Assembly (NCBI GenBank): GCA_016926735.1
Contig: JAFGOA010000114.1
Span: 1-23,831, forward strand
From: Promethearchaeota archaeon
GTDB lineage: Archaea; Asgardarchaeota; Lokiarchaeia; Sigyniarchaeales; SOKP01
Direction of reading: 5' to 3'
DNA: 23,831 nucleotides
Shown: positions 13,734-23,831 of the stretch, piece after piece
Layout: every line of letters begins with the position of its first letter
Numbering within the stretch: position 1 is the stretch's first letter
Made by a program: the position numbers and the translations under genes
Notes under the pieces: model-generated
What the model saw: only the letters and a program-made list of their open reading frames with translations
Databases searched by the model: none
What the model was told of the DNA's origin: nothing

Positions 13734-16196
13734 ATGACAGAAAATTTAAATTTAAAAGACGAGGATATCGCTCTTTTAGAAGAATTAGATAGGATTAGTC
13801 AATTCCGAGATCCAATCCAAAATAAAGCAGAGTCTGATGCAGAGTATTATTATTATGAAGTAGAGAATAATGAAATAGTTACTCTTAATTTGGATAATGC
13901 TAGAATTACAAATTTACCCGAGGCAATTGGGAACCTCTCTGCTTTAAGGACGTTAAGTTTAGGAGGAAATGTAGATATAAATCTACCAGATTCAGTTAAG
14001 TATCTTAAGAACCTCAAAACATTTATTCTTAGTTTTAATAAATTAAGAGAATTTCCAAATGTAATAACAGAACTTACTAATTTAGAAGTTTTAGATATAC
14101 AAAAAAATTATATATCGTCTTTACCAGAATCAATTGGAAATCTTAAATCACTTAAAGAGTTAAATATATATGGTAATGAGCAGATCAAAACGCTTCCTGA
14201 GTCGATAGGAAATCTAACCTCTCTTAAGAAATTAAATATTGGTAGAAATCCTATTGATCAACTCCCAAATTCATTCGCTCAATTAAATTCCTTAGAAGAA
14301 TTAAATCGAGAAGGTTATAGATTAACAAGTTTTCCAGAACAAATCACACAACTAAGGAACTTAAAATCATTAAGCTTTCAAGGTACAAATTTAGAATCTC
14401 TTCCGAATTCCATTGGAAATTTAACCTCATTAGAAATATTGAATATTGGAGAATGTCAATTTACTTCAATTCCAGAAGGTCTTAAAAATCTTACAAATTT
14501 AAAATTTTTATCTTTAAAAAGCAATAGAAAAGATCTTGAAATACCTGAATGGATATCTGAATTTAGATCAATAGAAAAAATGGATTTATCTGGTGCAAAA
14601 ATAAAAGAATTACCTGATTCTTTTAAAAATTTAGGAACTCTTAAAGAACTTGATTTTAGTAATAATCGTATTGAAAGTATCCCTAAGGTATTAACAGAAC
14701 TTCCGAATTTGGAAGTACTCAAACTTGAGAGTTGTGGATTAACTTCTTTATCAGAAGTTGTTGGTAATTTCAAACACCTAAAAGAGCTTTATTTAGCTAG
14801 TAACAGATTTGAATCATTAGATGCAGCATTAGGCAATGTTAAAACTCTTGAAAAGCTTGATATTTGTAGAAATAAGTTTACCAATTTTCCAGAAAGTCTT
14901 GGTAATCTCTCATCATTAAAAGTGTTGTTATTAGAAAATAACTACATTACATCACTTCCAGATTCTATAGGTAATTTACGATCTCTCGAAATAATAGATT
15001 TAAATAGTAATAAAATAACAAATCTACCAGAATCTATTGGCAATCTCACTTCATTAAAAACTCTAAAATTAGGGAATCATCAGATAATGAAAATACCGGA
15101 TTCAATTGGAAATTTAACATCTATAGAGGAACTTATCCTTGAAGGGACTTACAAATTAGAATCTATTCCTGAATCCATTGGAAACTTAACAAAACTAGAA
15201 TCACTAAGTTTATCACAAAATAATCTAACTAAAATCCCAGATTCTATTCAAAATCTTACCAATCTTAAAATACTTTCATTAAATCATAATAAACTTGGAA
15301 CTCTTCCAGAATGGATTGGAAAATTAAAAGAAATTAAAGTTTTAAATTTAGCAAAAAATAATATAAGTACTCTCCCCAATAGTCTTGGCGAATTAGTAAA
15401 TATGACACATCTTTATTTATTTTATAATCAGCTTACTAAGATACCTGTTCAAATATGGTCTATGAAAAAATTAAAAGAACTAAATTATCAAGATAATCCC
15501 TGGGATGAAGAATCCAAAGAAGTTCTTGATAAAGGCATTCCTGAAACATTAAAATATTGTAGAAAACATGCTGCTATGAATGTATTTCTAAGTCATGCTG
15601 TTATTGATTTTGATTATTTCAAAATTAAGGATTTATCTGATTATTTCGAAACCCAAAATGTCATTGATAAAGCATATTATTGTGAAGAAGATCTAACAGG
15701 AAATATTGATGATTTTATGAATGAAAGAGTTCCAGATAGTCAACTTTTATTATTCTTTGCATCTCAAAAATCTGTCTTTAATTCGGTAGATTGTGCTCAT
15801 GAACTCGACTTAGCAAGACAACATAATATTCAAATAATTCCTGTTAAAGGCTCTAGTGTTGATTGGGGTGATTTAGCAAAAATAGGTCTTGATCGACAAT
15901 TAGGATTTGAATATAATGAAAATGATTTCGATGGATTTAAAGTGAAATTATATGATTACATCAAAAAATTCAAAGAAACAGTTGATCTATTTGAAGCAGA
16001 GGGGGCAAAATATGATAAACAGAAATTTGCTTTGAAAAATTCTTTAGAGAATTTAATTGAATCAGAACAATTTATGGAGATTCTAAAAGAACATTTTTCC
16101 GAATTTGAAAAAGCTTTTGATGAGCTGAGTAATAATCAGGTTACTTTAATAGAGTATTTTCTAAGATTAGCTAGAATTCTTGCTAATATAGATTAA
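13734..16196 (+). CDS. LRR-TIR protein: about 23 LRRs (LPESIGNLxxLxxL type), then a TIR domain and a helical tail
   Basis: 23-aa repeats, cap NPW, TIR box-1-like NVFLSHA, LLLFFASQKS, and SVDCAHEL with the Glu at the catalytic position; IIPV strand. Confidence 0.85.
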   Translation: MTENLNLKDEDIALLEELDRISQFRDPIQNKAESDAEYYYYEVENNEIVTLNLDNARITNLPEAIGNLSALRTLSLGGNVDINLPDSVKYLKNLKTFILSFNKLREFPNVITELTNLEVLDIQKNYISSLPESIGNLKSLKELNIYGNEQIKTLPESIGNLTSLKKLNIGRNPIDQLPNSFAQLNSLEELNREGYRLTSFPEQITQLRNLKSLSFQGTNLESLPNSIGNLTSLEILNIGECQFTSIPEGLKNLTNLKFLSLKSNRKDLEIPEWISEFRSIEKMDLSGAKIKELPDSFKNLGTLKELDFSNNRIESIPKVLTELPNLEVLKLESCGLTSLSEVVGNFKHLKELYLASNRFESLDAALGNVKTLEKLDICRNKFTNFPESLGNLSSLKVLLLENNYITSLPDSIGNLRSLEIIDLNSNKITNLPESIGNLTSLKTLKLGNHQIMKIPDSIGNLTSIEELILEGTYKLESIPESIGNLTKLESLSLSQNNLTKIPDSIQNLTNLKILSLNHNKLGTLPEWIGKLKEIKVLNLAKNNISTLPNSLGELVNMTHLYLFYNQLTKIPVQIWSMKKLKELNYQDNPWDEESKEVLDKGIPETLKYCRKHAAMNVFLSHAVIDFDYFKIKDLSDYFETQNVIDKAYYCEEDLTGNIDDFMNERVPDSQLLLFFASQKSVFNSVDCAHELDLARQHNIQIIPVKGSSVDWGDLAKIGLDRQLGFEYNENDFDGFKVKLYDYIKKFKETVDLFEAEGAKYDKQKFALKNSLENLIESEQFMEILKEHFSEFEKAFDELSNNQVTLIEYFLRLARILANID

Positions 16197-16203
16197 TTTC
16201 CAC

Positions 16204-16221
16204 TTTTTTTCTTTTTTTTTT
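16204..16221 (+). terminator. Oligo-T terminator after the LRR-TIR gene
   Basis: T7-C-T10 starting 8 nt after the stop codon. Confidence 0.55.
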
Positions 16222-16347
16222 AAATATCATTTATTTTATAAATTAACGAACATAAAATAACTGATCAAAAAAGAATAATTTAAAACATAAAATTCATATA
16301 ATAAAAAATCCAATAATCATTTATAACTATCTAATACAAGTGATCAT

Positions 16348-18735
16348 ATGGGAATTCAATCAAATAATAATAAAGATATGAATATCGATGATGTTTTTCA
16401 AGAAAATGAAATAATTTCAGAAAAACTAGATGAAATTATAATCAATGTTTTAGAGAAGCATACTCTTGATGTAAGGGGAATAGAACTAAGTCCAGATAGT
16501 AAATATCTACTTTCATGTTCAGAATGCATGCAAGGAGAAATTCCTAAAGTTTTAGTTTGGAATATAGAAGAATTACTTGAAAGAGAGAACACTCCGGAAT
16601 GTACTTTAGAAGCAGATATAGGTGATAGTAAAGAGATAACCATAAATAATTGGTTATTATGCATTGATTCGATAATTTTAGAACTGAATGATGAACATTA
16701 TTGGGTTGTTTGCGCTGGAGCTATTAATGGAGATTTATACATTTGGACCGGGAAAATAGATTCTTATTCTGAAAAATGGATTTTTGATAATATAACTAAA
16801 AAAAAAATACCCTTGGGAAAAGTAGAATCTTTTATGTATCCAAAGGCAATATTTGATATAGATATATTACATAATCCAAATAATAGCAATATAGTTAGAC
16901 TTTTTTACACTTTAAATAATATACATGCAATTAATAAGGTCAAAACAGATGATAACACGATTAATCAACTCGATATTACTATTGATAATGAAAATATAAT
17001 AATTGATAAAGATCCTTATATAATAGGGACCCAAAATGAATGGATTATAAGTATTGATACTCATTTACAAAGTAATATTTTAATTTCAGGATCAAGAGAA
17101 GGCGAAATATATAAATGGGATTTAAATAAGATAAACAATTCTAATCCTATTTTAATAGGTAAACACCCAGATTCAATAACATGTGTGAAAGTATTTAAAG
17201 AAGCTAAACAATTTCTCTCAAGCAGTCTTGATAATTCAATAAGAGTATGGGATGATAATAATACGAGTAAACCTCGGTTAATACATGAATTAAAAGCCCA
17301 TACAGATGATGTGGTATATATCGATATTCAACGAAATAACAGATTTCTTTATTCAATTTCAAAAGATAATACCATTAAAATCTGGGATTTAGAGACAGGA
17401 CAATGGATTAGAAATGTAGACATTAATCATTATATGAGACCTTATGATGCTAATGATATAATTATTGAAAAAGGAATGATTTTTCTTAGAAAAATAAAAA
17501 TATCTGGAGATAACAGACATATTTTTACTACAAGACGCAACAAAATAATTATACTAAGGGATTTTGGATTAGTTTGGCATTTCATTGAACAATTGAAATT
17601 TATAAAAAACCATGATGAGGAGTTATATGAAAAAATATATGGTGAAAATTTACTTCAGATTGCTGAACGAAGTCCAGAAAATATTGAATCTTTAGAAAAA
17701 ATCTATAATCTTATTAAAAAAAGAATTGTAAAAGCTACAGAATTAAAATTATCTTTAAAAAATATTGATTCTGAGAGTTATGTGAAATATAATATGAGAG
17801 AGTTAGGATCATTATTCATTCCATCATTTATTAATTTTGAAATTGAGAATAAATGTGAGAAGGATCAAATATGTATAAAGAATCAAAAAGAATACATCTC
17901 TGGAATTAAAGATCATTATGATGCATACTGGTATAGTGTAAGAAATCTCCTTTTTAAACTTCCAGATATACCCTGGAGTTTTAGGTTATTTGCAACTACT
18001 GACATTGAAGATGATATAGAGGAATCACATTTTATAGAAATCACTGATACTCAAATAATAGACTCAGTCTATACAATAATGAAGGATCGTGGTCAAACTC
18101 AGATTAAATTTCTTATGATTTTTAATAACATAGAACCAGCTTTTATACCATTAATAAGCAGTATAAATATAGATGTTGAAGATGATCATGGTGATAAAGA
18201 CAATTTAGTTTTTTCTGATTTCATTTATTCTAAGAATTTTATAAAAATTCTTAAGGATCCATCTAAATCTCTTACTAACCATAGAGTTTTAAATAATCCT
18301 GAAAATATATATTACTCTGATTGTATGTTTCAAATCGATGGAGGCTATGCTACAGATAAAGCTATAGATATTTTGATCCGGAAAATTTCTGTTGAATATG
18401 TTGAAAAATTAAATCCTTTAGAATGTGAATCAGATAATGACGATGATTGTAAATTATTTAATGCCTTTCGAAATAATTTTCAATATCCTATCGTCCCAAA
18501 AGTTAATATAAAAGTAGGAAAGGGTATTTCATCTACAGCGGGTAAAATAATAGATGATTATTTTGCTAAAATCATTATTATTGATTTTATATTTAGTATA
18601 TGGGGATTCGTAGAAGCATTAATAGCAGATGGGTTGGGATATGAATTACCTAGCTATATTCCAATTATTACCTCATTTACTGCTTTTATTCTAATTGGAT
18701 TAATTACCATATTTATGGTAAAAGAAAAATTATAA
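16348..18735 (+). CDS. WD40 beta-propeller protein with a central domain of unknown type and two C-terminal TM helices
   Basis: KHTLDVRGIELSPDSKYLLS, ISGSREGEIYKWD, SSSLDNSIRVWD and AHTDDV…SKDNTIKIWD repeats; two hydrophobic helices at the C-terminus. Confidence 0.85.
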   Translation: MGIQSNNNKDMNIDDVFQENEIISEKLDEIIINVLEKHTLDVRGIELSPDSKYLLSCSECMQGEIPKVLVWNIEELLERENTPECTLEADIGDSKEITINNWLLCIDSIILELNDEHYWVVCAGAINGDLYIWTGKIDSYSEKWIFDNITKKKIPLGKVESFMYPKAIFDIDILHNPNNSNIVRLFYTLNNIHAINKVKTDDNTINQLDITIDNENIIIDKDPYIIGTQNEWIISIDTHLQSNILISGSREGEIYKWDLNKINNSNPILIGKHPDSITCVKVFKEAKQFLSSSLDNSIRVWDDNNTSKPRLIHELKAHTDDVVYIDIQRNNRFLYSISKDNTIKIWDLETGQWIRNVDINHYMRPYDANDIIIEKGMIFLRKIKISGDNRHIFTTRRNKIIILRDFGLVWHFIEQLKFIKNHDEELYEKIYGENLLQIAERSPENIESLEKIYNLIKKRIVKATELKLSLKNIDSESYVKYNMRELGSLFIPSFINFEIENKCEKDQICIKNQKEYISGIKDHYDAYWYSVRNLLFKLPDIPWSFRLFATTDIEDDIEESHFIEITDTQIIDSVYTIMKDRGQTQIKFLMIFNNIEPAFIPLISSINIDVEDDHGDKDNLVFSDFIYSKNFIKILKDPSKSLTNHRVLNNPENIYYSDCMFQIDGGYATDKAIDILIRKISVEYVEKLNPLECESDNDDDCKLFNAFRNNFQYPIVPKVNIKVGKGISSTAGKIIDDYFAKIIIIDFIFSIWGFVEALIADGLGYELPSYIPIITSFTAFILIGLITIFMVKEKL

Positions 18736-18771
18736 ATCAATGAAAAATTAAACAAAAGAGGTTAAATTAAA

Positions 18772-19644
18772 ATGTCAAAAACAAAAAAAACATTAAATAT
18801 AATCATAACAAGTTCATTTCAAAATGATTTTATAGAACCTTTAGGTAATTTAAAACAAGCAGATGATAAACTAAAACTTGATTATTTAAAAAGTCAGGAA
18901 TTATGGATACAATATTTCAATAGCCAAAATATTGATGTTAACCAAGCCAATGTTGACCAATTTCTCACATGGTTGGAAAAAAATGCAAAAAGTTCAGAAA
19001 ATGGAATAAAGCTTTCCTATCATAAGATTTTAGAAAAATATAAACATAGAGTTCATGTGGATTATGAGGAATCAGAAAGAATTTGGAAAGGAGATCAATT
19101 AAATCTATTCTTAAAAGATTTGATGGTAAAAGGTTCTAAGGCATTGAATGATGAAAATAGTAAAGAAGAATATCAATGTATTCATTTGAGAGATTGGCAC
19201 GATCAGACTGATATGCTTCAAAAAGGAGAACTTGATAATTTTGGACCTCACTGTATTAAAGGAACTTATGGAGCTAAATTTATATCCCCTTTAGATGAAC
19301 TAATCGTAAAACATCCTGAGTTTAATATAATTATTAACTCTAATAGTCTTAGTTCATTTGCAGATACAGAACTTGAATCAGTGTTAAATACTATTATTAA
19401 AAATTCAGGTAGCTCCAAAAATGAAGTAAAAATTGGAATGTTTGGTGTAATTACTAATGTAAAAATATTTCTTCTTGCTTTTGAGTTAATGGTTATTCAT
19501 AATTTCACAAATGTTTCTGTTTGTAGTGATTTTTGTGCAGGTTTTACTAATCAAGGTCATTTTGAAGGAATTAATAGCATGGCAAATATTTTAGTTGCAA
19601 ATGTTGTTGATTCCGTGCAATTTAGAAAGATATTTAATATTTAA
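18772..19644 (+). CDS. Isochorismatase/nicotinamidase (PncA)-fold protein with a non-canonical active site
   Basis: FQNDF, RDWHD, PHCIKGTYGA, SSFADTEL and GVITNVKI motifs; GAGGT SD-like sequence upstream. Confidence 0.8.
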   Translation: MSKTKKTLNIIITSSFQNDFIEPLGNLKQADDKLKLDYLKSQELWIQYFNSQNIDVNQANVDQFLTWLEKNAKSSENGIKLSYHKILEKYKHRVHVDYEESERIWKGDQLNLFLKDLMVKGSKALNDENSKEEYQCIHLRDWHDQTDMLQKGELDNFGPHCIKGTYGAKFISPLDELIVKHPEFNIIINSNSLSSFADTELESVLNTIIKNSGSSKNEVKIGMFGVITNVKIFLLAFELMVIHNFTNVSVCSDFCAGFTNQGHFEGINSMANILVANVVDSVQFRKIFNI

Positions 19645-19738
19645 ATCGCAATTTCTTTTTTTTAATTTAATATTCATCTAAATCTAAGATATCTGAGAAT
19701 TATTCAATAATATTTAAATTATATACAAAAAGGATTAA

Positions 19739-22573
19739 TTAATTATTGGATTGTCCCTCAATATAATTTAACAAAGATTTAAGATTATTAACATAACCAT
19801 ATTCATTTAAACCTCCAAATTCCTTTAGAATTTTTGAAGGTATTAGATTGCCATCAATTCTTAATGATGTTAGTTCAGTTAAGTTTTCCAAACCCTCCAA
19901 ATTTATTATTTGATTTTTGGATAGATCTAAATTTATTAAATTTGATAATTTATCCAATCCTCTAATCTCTTTTATTTTATTTTGAGAAAAGTTCAAAAAT
20001 TTTAATTTTTTTAGAGTATCTAATCCTTCAATCTCTGTTATTTTATTATTGGAAAGAATTAAATAATTTAATTTTATTAAAGATTTTAGACCTTCTATTT
20101 GATCAATTTTATTATTATTAAGGGATAATATTCTTAGGTTAGTAAAATGATTCATATTCTTGATTTGAAATATCTTATTACTGTTTAGATATAATTCTTT
20201 TAAATTAGGAGAACATTCCTTACTTTCAATATCAGAAATATGGTTTTCATTCAAATTAAGAATTTTAAGTTTTGATAAAAAGTATAAATTTTCAATCTTG
20301 TCAATCATATTATTTTGAAGATCTAACTCTTTTAAATTTGATAGACAATCTAATCCTTTAATCTTCTTTATTAGATTTTCAGATATTCTCAGATTTTTTA
20401 AACTCTTAAGTTCATTAAGGCCGGTTATTTCAGTGATATTATTTCCTCTAAGATCTAATCTTTTTAGATTAAATAACTCTTTCATTTCTGTTATTTCAGT
20501 AATGTTATTATAGTCTAGATATAATCCTATTAAATTTGAGACATAATTAAAACTCTCAATTTCAGAGATAAAATTATTACATAGATCTAATTCCTCCAAA
20601 TTGGAGAGATATGTAAGATCTTTAATATTTGAGATCTTATTATTGTCTAGAACTAATTTTTCTAAACTTATAGGATATTTTTTTGAATCTAATTCACTAA
20701 AATAATTATAATTCAAATATAATGTTTTTAAATTTTCTAGATTTTTTAGATTGTCTATTTCACTGATGTTATTATCAGAGAGATCTACGATTTGTAAAGA
20801 GGTTAAACTACTCAATCCTTCTATTTTATCAATATTATTATTATTTAGAAATAATTCTTCTAGAGCAGTCAAAGTTTTTAATCCTTTTATTTCATTAATT
20901 TCATTAGATTCAATCATTAGATGTGTTAATTTAGATAGATTATTCAATCCTTCTATTTTTTTAATATTGTTATTTCTTAAATAGAGATATTTTAAATTTT
21001 TGAGATGTTCCAAGCCTTTAATGTTCCTAATATGATTATTCGAAAGCTGCAATGACTCCAAATTAGTATACCCTTCTAGACTACTAAGTTCTTTTAAATA
21101 ATTACTGCCAAGGTATAACTCTTTTAAATTCTTTAAATTCTTTACTTTAACTAATTTATTTATCATATTGTTTTTAAGGTTTAAAGATGTTAGATTTCTA
21201 AGAGTATCTAATCCTTTATATTCAATTATCTGATTAAAAGAAAGATCTAATATTTCTAAATTTATTAGATTATCTAATCCGTTTATTTCTGAGATCCTAT
21301 TTTTTTGAATGAATAATTTTTTCAGTAGAGTAAGCTCTTCAAGATTGTTAATTGTCTCTATTTGATTATTATTGAGAACTAATATCTTTAGAGAAGTAAG
21401 ATTTTTTAAACCCTTAATATATCGAATCTTATTTTCATTAAGATATAGTTCATCTAAATTGATTAGATTTTCTAAATTTTTAATGTCATCTATATTGTTT
21501 TTACTAAGGTCTAAATCTCTTAAATTTACTAAATTATCTAATTCTTCAATAGATACAATTCTATTATCAGATAATATTAGTTTTTTTAAATTTTTAAGAT
21601 TTTGAAGTCCAGAAATTTTTCCAATACGATTTTCTGATAGATATAATTTTTCTAAGTTTTTCAGATTATCAAGATTTTTAATTTCATTTATTCTATTTCT
21701 AGACATATAAAATTCTTTTAAATTAGTTAATCCCTCAACTTTGTTAATTTCCTCAATTTGATTGCTTGTTAAATCGAGATATTTTAAGTTTGATAAAGAA
21801 TTTAAAATATCTATATTTTTAATTTTATTATGAGAAAGATCCAAATATTCTAACTTATTTAGATTTATTACTTTATCTACATTACTTATAAAATTTCTTG
21901 ATAAATCTAATGAGATTAAATTATTGAAAAAGCTTAATCCATCTATGTTTTTAATTAAATTTTGAGAAAGATTTAATACTTTTAATCCAATCATGTTATC
22001 TAAATTCGAGATATCTTCTATATTTTCTATCCCTAAATTACTTAGATTTAATTCATAATTTATAATTGGAATTTTTCTCTCATTAAATGTTACACATTCA
22101 AATAAAGCATTTATTTCTTCATTCGAAAAGAATTTTAAGTAATTTTCCTCTAATAAAAAATCTATTACAGGTCTATAATCTGAATGAAGTCTTTTAGCAA
22201 TTTCTTCTTTAAATATTTTTTTAGCCTTTATGTCTCCAATTTCACTTAATTTTTTTAATAATGGAAATGCTAAATTACTATGTAGTACACTTGTATCATA
22301 ATCATGTTCTACCCATGCTTGTATATTAGAACAATGACCCCAAAATTCAGTTTCTGGAGGTAATCTATTAACTCTTTGATGTTCTAAAGTATTATCTAGT
22401 TTATCTGCAGCTTCATCTATTGATTTTATATAGTTGGTTAGTGGAATATTATCAAGATAAATGTTGAGCAACAAAAATTTACATTGCATAAAATTCTTAT
22501 TTGCTATATAAATATTTGTTTTTTTATTCTCTAATTTTAAAGTAATTAGCTCATTTACCCTGAATTCTTTCAT
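19739..22573 (-). CDS. Large LRR protein (SDS22-like) with Lokiarchaeia-type N-terminal domain; paralog of 8812..11907
   Basis: PETEFWGHCSNIQAWVEHDYDTSVLHSNLAFPLL domain plus roughly 34 22-aa LRRs, with a similar C-terminal cap (GNxI…GG). Confidence 0.9.
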   Translation of the reverse strand: MKEFRVNELITLKLENKKTNIYIANKNFMQCKFLLLNIYLDNIPLTNYIKSIDEAADKLDNTLEHQRVNRLPPETEFWGHCSNIQAWVEHDYDTSVLHSNLAFPLLKKLSEIGDIKAKKIFKEEIAKRLHSDYRPVIDFLLEENYLKFFSNEEINALFECVTFNERKIPIINYELNLSNLGIENIEDISNLDNMIGLKVLNLSQNLIKNIDGLSFFNNLISLDLSRNFISNVDKVINLNKLEYLDLSHNKIKNIDILNSLSNLKYLDLTSNQIEEINKVEGLTNLKEFYMSRNRINEIKNLDNLKNLEKLYLSENRIGKISGLQNLKNLKKLILSDNRIVSIEELDNLVNLRDLDLSKNNIDDIKNLENLINLDELYLNENKIRYIKGLKNLTSLKILVLNNNQIETINNLEELTLLKKLFIQKNRISEINGLDNLINLEILDLSFNQIIEYKGLDTLRNLTSLNLKNNMINKLVKVKNLKNLKELYLGSNYLKELSSLEGYTNLESLQLSNNHIRNIKGLEHLKNLKYLYLRNNNIKKIEGLNNLSKLTHLMIESNEINEIKGLKTLTALEELFLNNNNIDKIEGLSSLTSLQIVDLSDNNISEIDNLKNLENLKTLYLNYNYFSELDSKKYPISLEKLVLDNNKISNIKDLTYLSNLEELDLCNNFISEIESFNYVSNLIGLYLDYNNITEITEMKELFNLKRLDLRGNNITEITGLNELKSLKNLRISENLIKKIKGLDCLSNLKELDLQNNMIDKIENLYFLSKLKILNLNENHISDIESKECSPNLKELYLNSNKIFQIKNMNHFTNLRILSLNNNKIDQIEGLKSLIKLNYLILSNNKITEIEGLDTLKKLKFLNFSQNKIKEIRGLDKLSNLINLDLSKNQIINLEGLENLTELTSLRIDGNLIPSKILKEFGGLNEYGYVNNLKSLLNYIEGQSNN

Positions 22574-22744
22574 TATTTATATCCTAAAATAACAAATAAA
22601 TCAATAATAAATATTTTGTAATAAAACCTTATCGACTTCGATGAAATTGAATTGATTAGAAGATCTATATAAAAAAAGAAATTTCTCAATAATTTTTAAA
22701 TTGAATAACACTTTTTATTATTTATTAGTAAGTGAATCTATAAT

Positions 22745-23041
22745 ATGCGTTCAAGAAAACCTTTTTTAATATTCTGGCCTCAATATTTTGATGGAAAACG
22801 TAGTCGGGCTGAAGGTAGACGACTTCCAAGAAATTTAGCTTTAGAAAAAATAACTCTTGATGATATTGTAAAGGCTGCAAAGACTCTTAATTATCAATAT
22901 GAGATTGAAGATTCTTTAAAATACCCACGTACGTGGTGGGATGATTCTGGTCGAGTTTCAATTAATACAAATGGAAAAAAAAAATCTAAAGTATTGAGAG
23001 AATTAGCAAAACAAATGAGAAAAAATCGAGGAAAAGCTTAA
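22745..23041 (+). CDS. srp19: Signal recognition particle protein SRP19
   Basis: WPQYFD…SRAEGRRLP…A, YPRTWW…GRV, KSKVL.ELA motifs. Confidence 0.95.
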   Translation: MRSRKPFLIFWPQYFDGKRSRAEGRRLPRNLALEKITLDDIVKAAKTLNYQYEIEDSLKYPRTWWDDSGRVSINTNGKKKSKVLRELAKQMRKNRGKA

Positions 23042-23047
23042 GAAATA

Positions 23048-23419
23048 ATGCATGAATTTGATTTTGCTCATGATATTTTCAGAGTTGCAGAACAAACGGC
23101 CAAAAAGTATAAAGCTAAGCGAGTGACACTAGTTATTCTTGAAATAGGAGAATTAACGTTAATTATTCCTGAATTATTAGAAGAATGCTTTGATATTGTC
23201 TCAAAAAACTCTATCGTTGAGAACGCAAAACTAGAGATAAAATTGCTACCTGGATATATAAAATGTAAAGATTGCCAAAATATATCTAAAGTTATTATTA
23301 CATATGAAGCAAAATTAACAGGATTACAACTATTTAGATGTGATAAGTGTAATAGCCCGAATACAGATATAATAGAAGGAAAAAAATTTAATATAAAAAG
23401 TATAAAAATTGAAGAATAG
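23048..23419 (+). CDS. hypA: Hydrogenase maturation nickel metallochaperone HypA
   Basis: N-terminal MHE Ni motif, IGELT, CKDC…CDKC Zn motif, GKKFNIKSI end. Confidence 0.95.
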   Translation: MHEFDFAHDIFRVAEQTAKKYKAKRVTLVILEIGELTLIIPELLEECFDIVSKNSIVENAKLEIKLLPGYIKCKDCQNISKVIITYEAKLTGLQLFRCDKCNSPNTDIIEGKKFNIKSIKIEE

Positions 23420-23547
23420 ACTTTTTCTTCTAAAAGTTAGATTTTTAATAAAAAATCTATAAATAATAAATAGATTATCATTTCTAAATTGTATAAAATG
23501 ATAAGGAATTTATTAAAAAGTATGATAATATATAACTATAGTTTTTT

Positions 23548-23831
23548 TTAAATAAGGATTGCATTAAGTACTCCATGTTGACCTGGACGACTGGTAATTT
23601 GTACTTTTCCCAATTCAGTTTCAACAATGGAACCTTTAGTGAGTATATGTCTTCTATTTAAATCTTTAGAAGCTTTATTCTCTTCAAACTTTAGTATTTT
23701 TACTTTTTTTGTTTCATTTGTTTTTAGATTTGTTACATTTACAAATGAATCTTTAAACAACTTAAGCTTGAAATTCCCTCCTAAAACTCTTTGTTTTTTT
23801 TTTTTTGTTTCTCCAATAGAAGTCTCTATAG
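23548..23831 (-). CDS. rps8e: 30S ribosomal protein eS8 (S8e), 5' end outside the window
   Basis: Frame stays open to the window edge: …IETSIGETKKKKQRVLGGNFKLKL…RRHILTKGSIVETELG…ITSRPGQHGVLNAILI*. Confidence 0.95.
   Translation of the reverse strand, partial: IETSIGETKKKKQRVLGGNFKLKLFKDSFVNVTNLKTNETKKVKILKFEENKASKDLNRRHILTKGSIVETELGKVQITSRPGQHGVLNAILI

Noticed and set aside
14456-21605. ORFs 14456..14773, 16398..16664, 20751..20984 and 21372..21605
   Set aside because: Antisense shadows of the LRR and WD40 genes.
23548-23760. 70-aa ORF as a complete gene
   Set aside because: The frame continues to the window edge; it is the C-terminal part of eS8 and the TTG is not the true start.

Overview
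Very AT-rich archaeal DNA, most likely from an Asgard archaeon of the Lokiarchaeia/Promethearchaeota type. This is inferred from the Loki-type LRR proteins, longin-like/Arf-like GTPase fusions, SRP19, eS8, TATA promoters and a BHB tRNA intron. Protein genes: a SAM methyltransferase, a membrane protein, a DUF985 cupin, asd, two tandem small-GTPase fusions, a 52-aa zinc-ribbon protein missing from the ORF track, two giant SDS22-like LRR proteins, an LRR-TIR protein, a WD40 membrane protein, a nicotinamidase-like protein with an altered active site, srp19, hypA and the 3' part of rps8e. The centre holds two divergent tRNA arrays (11 tRNAs on -, 7086-8393; 10 on +, 12331-13605). Together they cover 18 amino acids with no overlap; only Leu and Ser are missing. 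Main observation: each array is preceded, about 30 nt after a TATA box, by a short ORF made almost entirely of the amino acids whose tRNAs lie in that array (MVNRIFMIRMNWHFVNIIKMHRFKR before the N/F/I/K/R/V/W/M array; MRRVYYVGTFTPQPNTEADPTDQGAQYSECYRY before the H/A/Q/Y/D/G/T/C/E/P array). asd has a Thr/Lys-rich leader of the same design. In all three, the first codons can pair with a segment just after the stop codon, which is followed by a pyrimidine tract. This suggests a ribosome-sensed, attenuation-like control of an accessory tRNA set, which I do not recognise as described. The mechanism is inference; all tRNA calls were folded by eye and no tools were run.
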